Shown here: one piece after another, positions 25,987 to 34,304 of the stretch
Layout of the letters: every line of letters starts with the position of its first letter
Position numbering within the stretch: position 1 is the first letter of the stretch
IMG/VR virus record: IMGVR_UViG_3300020020_000100
Coordinates: 1 to 38,080 of that record
DNA from: a virus
Taxonomy: Duplodnaviria > Caudoviricetes
Length of the DNA stretch: 38,080 nucleotides
Strand: one strand, 5' to 3'
Program-made: the position numbers and the translations under genes
The notes under the pieces: model-generated
Seen by the model: only the letters and a program-made list of their open reading frames with translations
What the model was told of the DNA's origin: nothing
Databases searched by the model: none

Positions 25987-26313
25987 TCACACCTTCCCCG
26001 GCTTGGTTCTCCAGCCGCGATTGTTCGGATCGTTCAGCCAGTTCGAAATCCACTTTTTGTCGCGCTGCTGGTTGGCTTCCTCGAAGCCGGAGGCATGCAG
26101 GATGTTATGCGGCACACTCGCCACCTTGTGCCAATCGCCCTTCCAGCCCCGATCGGCAGCGTTATACTCCGCCTTGTTGGCTTCCAGCGTCTTCGCGACC
26201 TCGAAATCAATTCGGAAAATGTCCTTGCCATCCTGGTGCACATGCCAGATGGAGCGGCCCATTTCCGGGTCGTAATCCACCAGCGTAAAGTCGCCATCGC
26301 GGATTTCGGACAT
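25987..26313 (-). CDS. Conserved hypothetical head-region protein
   Basis: LEANKAEYN...WKGDWHKVASVP...WLNDPNNRGWRT; TGATG coupling. Confidence 0.75.
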   Translation of the reverse strand: MSEIRDGDFTLVDYDPEMGRSIWHVHQDGKDIFRIDFEVAKTLEANKAEYNAADRGWKGDWHKVASVPHNILHASGFEEANQQRDKKWISNWLNDPNNRGWRTKPGKV

Positions 26314-26816
26314 CAGGCGTTGCCCATCACGGTTCGCAAGGGGTCCGCCCGCTCGGCCTTCCGTTCGCTGAGCAGCATCAGGGCCGTATCCATGTCGAGA
26401 TAAAGGGTGGCCCCGGCCTTAAAGCGGGCCTCCGGTATGATTTCGACGCCGACCCGATCGACCTGCGGCGGCGGCACGATCGCCAGTTCGCTTGGAACCT
26501 GCGGATTGTCCACCACCTGCTGCGGCGACGGCCAGTAATCGTGCGTCAGCTTGATGACCACCAGTTGCTCCTTCGGCCGCGGCGTCAGGCCGACCTTGGC
26601 CCTCCGGCGGCTTTCCATTTCCGCCAGCACGAGGCGGCGCTGATGGTCGATATTGGCCGCCTCGACCTCCTCGTCCGTCATGGCGAGCGCGCGCCGCTTT
26701 AGAAAGTCGGCAATTTCAGCGTCGGTCGGCTCGCGGGATTCCGGTGGATCGAGGTTCGGCGTCGGGCCGACCAGGACCGGCGTTTCTGTGGCTTTTGACT
26801 TGTCATTTGCGGGCAT
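26313..26816 (-). CDS. Head accessory protein (paralogue of 26940-27428)
   Basis: Start ATG 26816 with SD AAGGA; C-terminus GATLYLDMDTALMLLSERKAERADP. Confidence 0.7.
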   Translation of the reverse strand: MPANDKSKATETPVLVGPTPNLDPPESREPTDAEIADFLKRRALAMTDEEVEAANIDHQRRLVLAEMESRRRAKVGLTPRPKEQLVVIKLTHDYWPSPQQVVDNPQVPSELAIVPPPQVDRVGVEIIPEARFKAGATLYLDMDTALMLLSERKAERADPLRTVMGNA

Positions 26817-26830
26817 AACAACATTCCTTG

Positions 26831-26911
26831 TGCGGGGATTGGGGGCGCGGGAAAGAGTGCTGAGGCGGTTCAGGGACATTCATCCCCAGCACTCTTTTAA
26901 CCCGCCCCGCA
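26831..26911 (-). other. Long intergenic RNA hairpin
   Basis: Perfect 11-bp inverted repeat AAAGAGTGCTG/CAGCACTCTTT extended by GC-rich outer stems (TGCGGGG/CCCCGCA). Confidence 0.6.
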
Positions 26912-26939
26912 GCGGGCATCACGGCAAGTGGCGGTGGAC

Positions 26940-27428
26940 CTACTTGCCGGATTTCGCGGTCGTGAGGGCGTCTTCCCTCTTCAGACCTGGGTCTTCTGTC
27001 TTCGGCGGGTCGGACCGCTCCGCCCGGCGCTCGTCGAGCAACTTAATTGCCTCGTTCGGCGGCAGGTTCAGTTCCTCGCCATGCCCATGCAGCAGGCCCT
27101 GGCCATCGCGCCAGTCCATCAGCAGCTTAACCTTGGTCAGCTTCTCCGGCTCGCCCTTGATTACCGAGCGCGCCGTCGAGGTCGTCGTCGTCTTGGTCTC
27201 CGTGGTGTCTTCGACCAGGCCGACCGGATTGCGGTTGATGCCGACTGTGGAGAAGGGGTCATATTCCGCCGCCTTCCTCATAAGCTCGACGGCCTGCGCA
27301 TGGGCTTCGTTAGGATCGCGCGGCGACGGCGCCGCTTCCTTGCCGGCGGTGGCTTCCCGCTCGGCGATTTCCGTTGAGGTCAGTTCGCGAACTGCCCCGA
27401 CCGTTACTGTGGTTGTATCTTTGGCCAT
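26940..27428 (-). CDS. Head accessory protein
   Basis: SD GGAG; first gene after the MCP; C-terminus GEELNLPPNEAIKLLDERRAERSDP. Confidence 0.7.
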   Translation of the reverse strand: MAKDTTTVTVGAVRELTSTEIAEREATAGKEAAPSPRDPNEAHAQAVELMRKAAEYDPFSTVGINRNPVGLVEDTTETKTTTTSTARSVIKGEPEKLTKVKLLMDWRDGQGLLHGHGEELNLPPNEAIKLLDERRAERSDPPKTEDPGLKREDALTTAKSGK

Positions 27429-27455
27429 AGCCATATCTCCAAAAGGGGTGAAGGG

Positions 27456-27504
27456 ATGGGTTGAACCCATAAAAGCTATGGGTTGAACCTGATGGGTTGA
27501 ACCC
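27456..27504. repeat. Three copies of the palindromic unit ATGGGTTGAACC(C)
   Basis: Copies at 27456-27470 (ATGGGTT-G-AACCCAT), 27478-27489 and 27492-27504, immediately after the MCP stop codon. Confidence 0.85.
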
Positions 27505-28497
27505 TTACGTGGACGCGGTCAGGCCGAAGATGTCGGCGACCACACCATGCGCGGCTTCGTTGTCGACCTTCAGGCAGCCCTCGCCGATAATCACGGTCTT
27601 GCGGGCGTCGCCCGTCACCGCCACGTCCGGCACCTTGTGGATCTTGCGCAGCCATTCCCAGGACATCATATCGGGATCGATGAAAAAGGCCCGACGCGCC
27701 ACCGCGGCGGACACCGCCATGACGCGGTTCGGCTTGACCGTGATGGTGCCATACGGCCCCTCATAGACGTCGGCGTTGCTGATCAGCGTCTTGGTGCCCG
27801 ACTTGTCGGCATTGTAGCGAAACGCCGCCACGGCCGGGTCTGACATGAACGACACAAACACGCTCTTGATGTAAGGCGACACCACGAGGCTGCGCACATC
27901 GGCGCCGGCCGAGTAGGCAGCACCCGCCACGGCATCCATCAGCGCCTTGGTGAAGGCCCGCAGCGTGCCGGGGGTCTCCGCAACCGTAAAGCCGGTGCCG
28001 ACGCTGTAGCCGCCATTGACGCCCGGTGAGTTGCGGCTGACGTTGGTGGTCAGCCAGGACGGCAGGCCGCCAGAGACGCGCGCCGCGCCGGACAGCGAGG
28101 CGACGTTGCTCACGATCGAGAACTCGACGTCCTTGCGGATTTCGATGCCCTTCTTAATGATGTTGCGCTTGGTTTTTTCGGCGTCGCCGGCGTTCTTGAT
28201 GGCTTCCTGGGTTTCGGAGACGATGAAGTCCTTGCGGAAAATCTGCGTGTAATTGCCGACCCGGACGACCGGCGTGACGGCCCCGAATGTAAATTCGTCG
28301 CCTTCCGTCTGAACATTGGCGCCCGGCGCGGTCAGTGTGTCGATGGCCCACTCAGGATGGGTCGAGTCGATCGAGCCCTTGCCGATCATCGAATAAATGG
28401 GGGTGTCCTCGGGGGTGATCCACTTGACCACATTGTCGAGGCTCTCGCGGTTAGCCTTTGCGGATGTCGAGATGAACGTGTTGCCTACGGCGGGCAT
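27505..28497 (-). CDS. Major capsid protein (DUF5309/SU10-like)
   Basis: NRESL...ITPEDTP...HPEWAIDTL...GNYTQIFRK...VSETQ...EIRKDVE...TGDARK..IIGE; 330 aa; SD AAGGAG. Confidence 0.9.
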   Translation of the reverse strand: MPAVGNTFISTSAKANRESLDNVVKWITPEDTPIYSMIGKGSIDSTHPEWAIDTLTAPGANVQTEGDEFTFGAVTPVVRVGNYTQIFRKDFIVSETQEAIKNAGDAEKTKRNIIKKGIEIRKDVEFSIVSNVASLSGAARVSGGLPSWLTTNVSRNSPGVNGGYSVGTGFTVAETPGTLRAFTKALMDAVAGAAYSAGADVRSLVVSPYIKSVFVSFMSDPAVAAFRYNADKSGTKTLISNADVYEGPYGTITVKPNRVMAVSAAVARRAFFIDPDMMSWEWLRKIHKVPDVAVTGDARKTVIIGEGCLKVDNEAAHGVVADIFGLTAST

Positions 28498-28553
28498 ATG
28501 CCTCGCTCCTTCGATTGGAGGTCATCGAAGGGTCAGTCAGGGATTACAAACCG

Positions 28554-29573
28554 TCAAAAATCGATATCGACGGCCAGTGCATCCTTGATCGACCCCGACT
28601 TGACCAATCGGGCCACGCGTTCTTTCTGCTTTCTAAACCGCTGCTCGCCGGGCTTTTGCGCGCGCCGCTCCACGGGCTGGGCTGGCGGCACGTTCTGGAC
28701 CTTCTTCAATGCCGTCTTGGCCCGGCTTTTCGCCACCAGGCCATCGAAGGCAAACAGGCCCATCAGGTAGAACCTGGAGTCCATGTTGCTGTTGATTTCC
28801 TGGTCATTGAAGCCGAGATGCTTGGCGGCCGCGCGGGCCTTGGCATTGAGTTCATCACGCTTTTTCGGGTCTCCAAGCTCAGGCATGTAGGCGACAAGGG
28901 CGTCATTTTCCGCCTTGTATTTCTCGGCCCGCTGTTCGGCGGTGAGTTGTCCTTCAGCCTGTTTGGCTTGCTTGCCCATCGCTGTGATGGAGGCCAGTTG
29001 CTCCATGGCCGCTTCATGCATGGCTTTCGCCTGATGATAAGACGCCACGACGTTCGGATCGGAAGAGAAAAGCAGGGAACGATCGGGCTCATCCGGCAGG
29101 TGCTGCGCCAGATGATCCACCAGCGCGTCAAACACGCCGTTGACCTGATTGGATTGCGCAATCACCGACCGGCGGGCCTCGCCCACCTCAGCCGTTTTCA
29201 TGCGATAATCGCGCTCGCGCAGATTGCCGTCGACCAGTTCCTTGACGGTTGACTGGGTGCCATCTGGGAGGGTTACGAGGGCCTGCAGGTCGCTCGGCTC
29301 CAAAACACGCGGTTTGGGTTGGCCGTCGTCGTCCTTATCGTCGGGGTCTTCGTCTTCCGAGTCATCGTCCGGAGTGTCTTCGTCGTCATCCGGATCGTTC
29401 GGGCCGTCTTGATCGTCAACCTCGGTTTCTTCCTCGTCGTCCGGGCTGGCCGACTCGTCATCGGCTCCGTCCAACGTATCATCGAAATCCAGGGCGGCAG
29501 CCTGCTCAAGAGACAGGCCCCCTTCGTAGGTGTTTGAAGCTCCATTTGGGGATGGGCTGGCTTCGGTAGGCAT
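28554..29573 (-). CDS. Capsid scaffolding protein
   Basis: Very acidic N-terminus, TVKELVDGNLRERDYRMKT, coiled coil, C-terminal KSGSIKDA; directly upstream of the MCP. Confidence 0.85.
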   Translation of the reverse strand: MPTEASPSPNGASNTYEGGLSLEQAAALDFDDTLDGADDESASPDDEEETEVDDQDGPNDPDDDEDTPDDDSEDEDPDDKDDDGQPKPRVLEPSDLQALVTLPDGTQSTVKELVDGNLRERDYRMKTAEVGEARRSVIAQSNQVNGVFDALVDHLAQHLPDEPDRSLLFSSDPNVVASYHQAKAMHEAAMEQLASITAMGKQAKQAEGQLTAEQRAEKYKAENDALVAYMPELGDPKKRDELNAKARAAAKHLGFNDQEINSNMDSRFYLMGLFAFDGLVAKSRAKTALKKVQNVPPAQPVERRAQKPGEQRFRKQKERVARLVKSGSIKDALAVDIDF

Positions 29574-29603
29574 TAAGGCGTGTTCCTATTCTCGTTTGGC
29601 GCT

Positions 29604-29849
29604 CTATGCGGGCGCTCTCGAAGAGGGTCGCTCCTCACGAGTACCACTGTTGGCCGCGATTTCCAAGGCGTCTCTGAGCCGTCGTATGGCCCGCACGTTG
29701 GCTAAAGCCTCATTGCGGAAATCATGCGCCCCCGGAACCGCCATGACGGCCGCATCGACCTCGTTGCGCTCCATTTCGGCGAGCAGCTCAGTGACCAGCC
29801 TGTCGTGCAGCATGGTCCGCGCCGCAGCCTGCTTTTCGGTCGGCTCCAT
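29604..29849 (-). CDS. Small conserved head-module protein
   Basis: 81 aa, helical; TGATG coupling; usual position between portal and scaffold. Confidence 0.7.
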   Translation of the reverse strand: MEPTEKQAAARTMLHDRLVTELLAEMERNEVDAAVMAVPGAHDFRNEALANVRAIRRLRDALEIAANSGTREERPSSRAPA

Positions 29850-31567
29850 CAGGATTGTCCTCCGCCCTGCTGGGCCTGTAGCTGGTCGGCCATCTGCTGG
29901 GTGATGAGGCCCGCGCCGAGCGCGCCCGCAATGCCATACTTTTTCACGATGTCGATGATTTCATCGCTGAACACGACATAGTTGCGCGAGCCTTGCGTAC
30001 CGTCTCCACCGCGTGAGCCAGCGTCTAGGTACTTGATGCCGGGAATGCCCTTCTCGCGCATCGCTTCGGTGAACTTTGTCGAGTTCCCCTTGCCGAGTTC
30101 GTTGATGAAGCGTCCAACGTCAGCCTTGTACTCATAGCCGCCCTCCTTGGTAGGAGCAGCCAAGAAGCGGTCGTCGTAATAGCCGCTGGTTCCAGGGGGA
30201 GGCAGTAGGCCAAGCAACGCATCCTTTGCGGCTGGCTGCTCACTCAGCGGCTTATCCCAATCGAGGAACGCGTCAGGATCGGCGTTGATGTTGACTTCGT
30301 ACATGTGGCCGCCATGCTTCAGATCGAGGCCACGCTCCTCCATGCGCTGAAGCGACAGTTTCTGGTCATTGAGGCTCGACCACAGATCGAAGTTGCCCTT
30401 CTCCTGCGCCAACCGCATGCCGTTTTCTAGATCGGCTCGAACCTTGGCAGCGGCCTCAGCGGCGGTAGCCTGCTCACTCCCCGTCACCGTTTGCGCCTTG
30501 GCCCAACTGCTCAGCCTCGCGGCAACTGTAGCGTCGGCATCGGTTTTGTTGAAAATGCCCAGCCCCGTTGTCGGAGTGATCTCTTCACCGCCCGCCAACA
30601 CCTTTGGGCGGTCTGCCAACTTGTTGCGATAGTCCTTCGCCACGCCTTCGTTCTCGGCGAAGTACAGCCCATGCCCATACGCCTGTGCGCCCTCGCCTGT
30701 GCCGATCTTGGAAAGGTCGAACCGCTCAAAATCATGCGGCGTGCCGTGATAGGCCCTGATTTGCTTCTGCGCTGCCTTGACGGCAGGGACGATTGACGCG
30801 TTCTTCGGATCGAGAACCATCATCTCCTGATGGGCATATCCCGCGGGCGAATAATCCAGCACCACGCCGTCATGGCCGCGCTCCCTCAATGCTTCGGAAA
30901 TAGCAGCCGCATCAGCGGCCTTCGGCAATCCGAGTTCCGCCTTGACCAATTCCGACTTGTCGGTCCTCCAGTCAGGCATGCTCAACTGAAGCGGATTGGA
31001 AAGCCCGACATCGGCCTCATATTGGTGCGGATACCCTTCCGCCACCCTGCGGTCGGTGGACAGGTAAATGCCCTGCCCCAGTTGCCCCGCATCTGTCGCG
31101 GTCCCCATCTTCGATGGGTCGAACTCGGTCAGGCCGGGAACCTTGGAGCCGTGATAGCCACGGATAGCCTTCTGCGCTGCCTTGACGGCAGGGACAAGCT
31201 CGTCAGCCGCCTTGCCGGGGAGCAACGACATGGCGAGCATGCGCGGATCGCCGCCCTGCAGCGTGTTGCCAATCTCCGTGCCGATGTCAAAAGCCTCCTG
31301 CGGCACATTCACGAAGTCGGACAGATTAGTCACCTTCTCGGCCATGTTCGAGGCCGCCCGCTCCGAAGGCGCAATGGCTCCGAACAAGGACTCCAGCCCG
31401 CTCCTGACCCAGCCGCGCGGCCCCTCTGTGGGCGACGCCGTCACCACGTCCTGCGGCATGTAGGCGGGGTCCACGCCGGCATGGAACGGCTCCAGAGCGC
31501 TCATGGCCGGCGACGGCGCGCCGTAGCCAAAGCCGAGCAGTTCACGCAGGCGGCGCGGATCAGCCAT
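29849..31567 (-). CDS. Protein with two tandem ADP-ribosyltransferase-like (ART-PolyVal-type) domains
   Basis: Domain 1: YHGS...EFD...LGQGIYLS...AEGY...NPL...GHDGV...HQEMMV. Domain 2: YHGT...RFD...GHGLYFAE...AKDY...GIPGIKY...RNYVVF. Coupled to the portal gene (TAATG). Confidence 0.7.
   Translation of the reverse strand: MADPRRLRELLGFGYGAPSPAMSALEPFHAGVDPAYMPQDVVTASPTEGPRGWVRSGLESLFGAIAPSERAASNMAEKVTNLSDFVNVPQEAFDIGTEIGNTLQGGDPRMLAMSLLPGKAADELVPAVKAAQKAIRGYHGSKVPGLTEFDPSKMGTATDAGQLGQGIYLSTDRRVAEGYPHQYEADVGLSNPLQLSMPDWRTDKSELVKAELGLPKAADAAAISEALRERGHDGVVLDYSPAGYAHQEMMVLDPKNASIVPAVKAAQKQIRAYHGTPHDFERFDLSKIGTGEGAQAYGHGLYFAENEGVAKDYRNKLADRPKVLAGGEEITPTTGLGIFNKTDADATVAARLSSWAKAQTVTGSEQATAAEAAAKVRADLENGMRLAQEKGNFDLWSSLNDQKLSLQRMEERGLDLKHGGHMYEVNINADPDAFLDWDKPLSEQPAAKDALLGLLPPPGTSGYYDDRFLAAPTKEGGYEYKADVGRFINELGKGNSTKFTEAMREKGIPGIKYLDAGSRGGDGTQGSRNYVVFSDEIIDIVKKYGIAGALGAGLITQQMADQLQAQQGGGQS
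30764..31195 (-). repeat. 27-bp perfect direct repeat bounding ART domain 1
   Basis: CTTCTGCGCTGCCTTGACGGCAGGGAC at 30764-30790 and 31169-31195 (405 bp apart, 135 codons), encoding VPAVKAAQK. Confidence 0.9.
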
Positions 31568-33942
31568 TACTGAAACGCCCCCCGATCCTCTTGCTGTTCG
31601 GCGTCCTTGTCCTTCATGAACAATTCCTGGGAATAGTCCTCGACCCGGCGGCGATCGTCGATTTCAGCCTGGCGCTCGCGGGCCTGCTCCTCTATCCGCA
31701 TTTCGATGTGCTTCAAGGCAATCTCGTGGGCGAACTCCATCTGCAGTTTCTCGCGCTCCCAGGCCATTTTCTGCTCCTCGATGGCCTGCTCCTTCTGCAG
31801 TTCGGCGAGCTTCACCTGCAAGTCAGCCTGCATCTGCTCGCGCTCGACCGCCGCCTCGCGCTGAATGCGCGCCTGCTCCAGCGTCGCCTCCTTCTGCATC
31901 TCCATCTGCATTTTCTGGGCGTCGGACTGGCTCTTTTGGCCCTGAACGGCCAGGTTTCCCTCGCTCTTGACCTTCTCGACCGCAATGGCGCCCTCCGCCT
32001 GCAGCCGGGCCGCCTTCTCCATCGGATCTTCCTTGGCCGCCTTCTGCTGCTTGCGCTCGGCCAGCTTCTGTTCGTCCGGCTTCGTGAAGTAGGACGTCAC
32101 ACTGGGCAGCCCCGTCGCCTGGACCGCCTTACTGACTCCGTTCCAGACGTTTTCCGGGGTCACGAACGGGTTGTCGTCAGCCCCCAGCGCGGTGAGGAAC
32201 TTCTCCTGCAGGGTCAGCACGAAGCCGATCGCCGCCATGTCGCGCTCCCGCGTCCCTGCTCCAAGGCCCGTATTGACCTTGCAGCCCATCTCGCCGTTCC
32301 AGTTGCGCGGATCGAACGTCACCCAGCGATCCGTCAGCCACACCGTGCGCGGCTTGTCCTGATGCTGGACAATGAGCTTCAACAAACCCTTGAACATCTT
32401 TTCGAGCCCGCCGCGGGCCACCGTGCGGACCATCTGCTCGGTCTGCCCGATGCCGGACTGCTCGATCATCGCGCTCGCCTTGGCGGTCATGTTCTGCAGC
32501 GCGTCCGGGGCCAAGCCCGACGAGGCGTCGCTGACGCCTGTGCGGTCCTCCAGCATGGCGTCGAAATAGGGGAGCATGTTGAAGGCGTCTTGCGTCATGT
32601 TCGGCACCGTCAAATAGCTAACTGCGGTGCGCGCGTCGGTCCCCGCCTTGGCAATGATCGGCTCACCGAACTTGCGGTTGTAGAAGGCGTCCGGGTTCTT
32701 GATCGAGCCCTCGACATAGATCGGCGTCTGGTTGTTCTGGCTGTAGATGTTGTCCATGACGCTGCGGATCAGCACCGACTTGATCTGCTGGATGTCGGCG
32801 GCGTCGTCAGTGACCGACTGGCCCTCCAACTGGTGCGGCCGGCGCTCGATCTTCACGTCGGCAAGCGGGGCGTCGTCCCACATTTCGTTCTCGAGGATGT
32901 TCTCCTCAGTGAGCGCCCCGGCAATGACAATGCGCCTCAGTTCCGCAATGCCGTCGTCGTCGTAGTCAACCCGCACATAGAGGTCGTAGTAGTCGATTTC
33001 CTCAGTGCCGGGCGAATAGGTCTTGCCGTCCTCGAGATTGCGGCGCCGCGTCTGTTCCGCCTGCTCCTGCTCGTCCTGGTCGTCGGACAGCGGCAGGTCC
33101 ATCACCATGTCATAGTCGTAGCCCATGGCGACGAGGTCCGAGCGCGTCACCTTCTCGACTGTGCCCACCAGCTGCGCCGTCTCGATGGTCAGCGCGTCGG
33201 GGTGGATCAGGATGTTCTCGCGCGGATAGCAGGCCAGCCTGACCTGGCGCACCTTGCGCATGATCTTGACCTTCACATCGCGGAGTTTTTCCGGGATCAT
33301 GGTCGGCATGCCGGTCATGGGATCAACGCCCTGAACCTGCGCCTCGTATTCGGTATGCTCCAGCGCCTCGACCTCGTCCGGCTCCATCAGCTTGGTGAAG
33401 GCTTGCTGATCAAGGCCGGTATAGCGCTTCTCGCCAACCTTGACCTTTTCCTCGAACCACCACTTCAGGAAGCCGTTGCGCTGCAGGGCGGCGTCGTGCA
33501 TGGCGTCGTAGATGGCGTCGTAGCCGCTGGTTTCGGGCAGGATCACGTCGTTGACATACGTTGTCGCCTGCTCGTGATATTCCTCGTCGCCCTCTTTGGT
33601 CGGGATGTATTCCACGACTTTGTCGTTGCCTAAGATCGTGCGGACGAGGGCCGGCATGACTTTTTTGATGACGGCGCGGAGGTCTTTGCTGATGACCTTG
33701 GAGCGGTTTTCATCGGCGGGTGTGTCCGGCATTTTGCCGTCGAAATATTCCTGGGCTCTTTCTCTCGTTTTGAGGGTTCCGCCGTCGGTGTCGTCATCCC
33801 TCGCCACCTCGCTTTCGCGGACGAGCTCACTGACCAGTGCCGCCAGGTCGGAGTCCGACATTTCCTCGGTCTGGCTGCCTGCCCCCTTGCCGCCGGCGTG
33901 CGGGTCGATGGAGCCGAGGCGGGGCTTATAGCTTCGGGCCAT
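31567..33942 (-). CDS. Portal protein (podovirus type, long C-terminal barrel)
   Basis: 791 aa after TerL; RERAQEYFDG...NRSKVIS...DAALQRNGFLKWW...TGVSDASSGL; Q/E/K coiled-coil tail. Confidence 0.9.
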   Translation of the reverse strand: MARSYKPRLGSIDPHAGGKGAGSQTEEMSDSDLAALVSELVRESEVARDDDTDGGTLKTRERAQEYFDGKMPDTPADENRSKVISKDLRAVIKKVMPALVRTILGNDKVVEYIPTKEGDEEYHEQATTYVNDVILPETSGYDAIYDAMHDAALQRNGFLKWWFEEKVKVGEKRYTGLDQQAFTKLMEPDEVEALEHTEYEAQVQGVDPMTGMPTMIPEKLRDVKVKIMRKVRQVRLACYPRENILIHPDALTIETAQLVGTVEKVTRSDLVAMGYDYDMVMDLPLSDDQDEQEQAEQTRRRNLEDGKTYSPGTEEIDYYDLYVRVDYDDDGIAELRRIVIAGALTEENILENEMWDDAPLADVKIERRPHQLEGQSVTDDAADIQQIKSVLIRSVMDNIYSQNNQTPIYVEGSIKNPDAFYNRKFGEPIIAKAGTDARTAVSYLTVPNMTQDAFNMLPYFDAMLEDRTGVSDASSGLAPDALQNMTAKASAMIEQSGIGQTEQMVRTVARGGLEKMFKGLLKLIVQHQDKPRTVWLTDRWVTFDPRNWNGEMGCKVNTGLGAGTRERDMAAIGFVLTLQEKFLTALGADDNPFVTPENVWNGVSKAVQATGLPSVTSYFTKPDEQKLAERKQQKAAKEDPMEKAARLQAEGAIAVEKVKSEGNLAVQGQKSQSDAQKMQMEMQKEATLEQARIQREAAVEREQMQADLQVKLAELQKEQAIEEQKMAWEREKLQMEFAHEIALKHIEMRIEEQARERQAEIDDRRRVEDYSQELFMKDKDAEQQEDRGAFQ

Positions 33943-34081
33943 GATCGGCTTCCTTCATGATTTCGTTCAAGCGCTCAGTGAGCATGCGCTGCAGGTCTTT
34001 GTTATGCTCGACAGCCTGCAATATCGTTCGATCCAGAATGGCCTTGGTGAAGGGTACAGACTTGCGCTTGGGGTCAGCCAT
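33926..34081 (-). CDS. Hypothetical protein (51 aa)
   Basis: Not in ORF track. MADPKRKSVPFTKAILDRTILQAVEHNKDLQRMLTERLNEIMKEADHGPKL*; SD GGAG; fills the gap before the portal gene. Confidence 0.6.
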   Translation of the reverse strand: MADPKRKSVPFTKAILDRTILQAVEHNKDLQRMLTERLNEIMKEADHGPKL

Positions 34082-34304
34082 GAGTGGCTCCCTTCCTCGG
34101 GCGTTTGGACTTCAGGTGATCGAGCGCGGCGCGCAGGTGGGCTCGGGAGGCGGGCTCGGTGGGCTCCAGCACGATGCCGATCGAGTACAGCACCCAGCGC
34201 AGGTCCTTGAAGGATCGGCAGCCGAGCTTTTCCAGCTTGGTGTAGAGCGCATCCATGTCGTCGAGCGCGATCGCCTCGGTGTCGATGATGCGCTTGTCCG
34301 TCAT
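34074..34304 (-). CDS. Hypothetical protein (76 aa)
   Basis: Starts directly after the TerL stop codon. Confidence 0.6.
   Translation of the reverse strand: MTDKRIIDTEAIALDDMDALYTKLEKLGCRSFKDLRWVLYSIGIVLEPTEPASRAHLRAALDHLKSKRPRKGATHG

Noticed and set aside
27456-27504. Palindromic repeats as a mini-CRISPR
   Set aside because: Units are 12-15 bp with spacers of only 2-7 bp, far too short.
31591-33633. 680-aa + strand ORF (also 14638-16269, 19911-21524, 21612-23117, 9357-10502, 11936-13045)
   Set aside because: Antisense shadows of well-supported - strand genes in GC-rich DNA; no motifs and unnatural composition.
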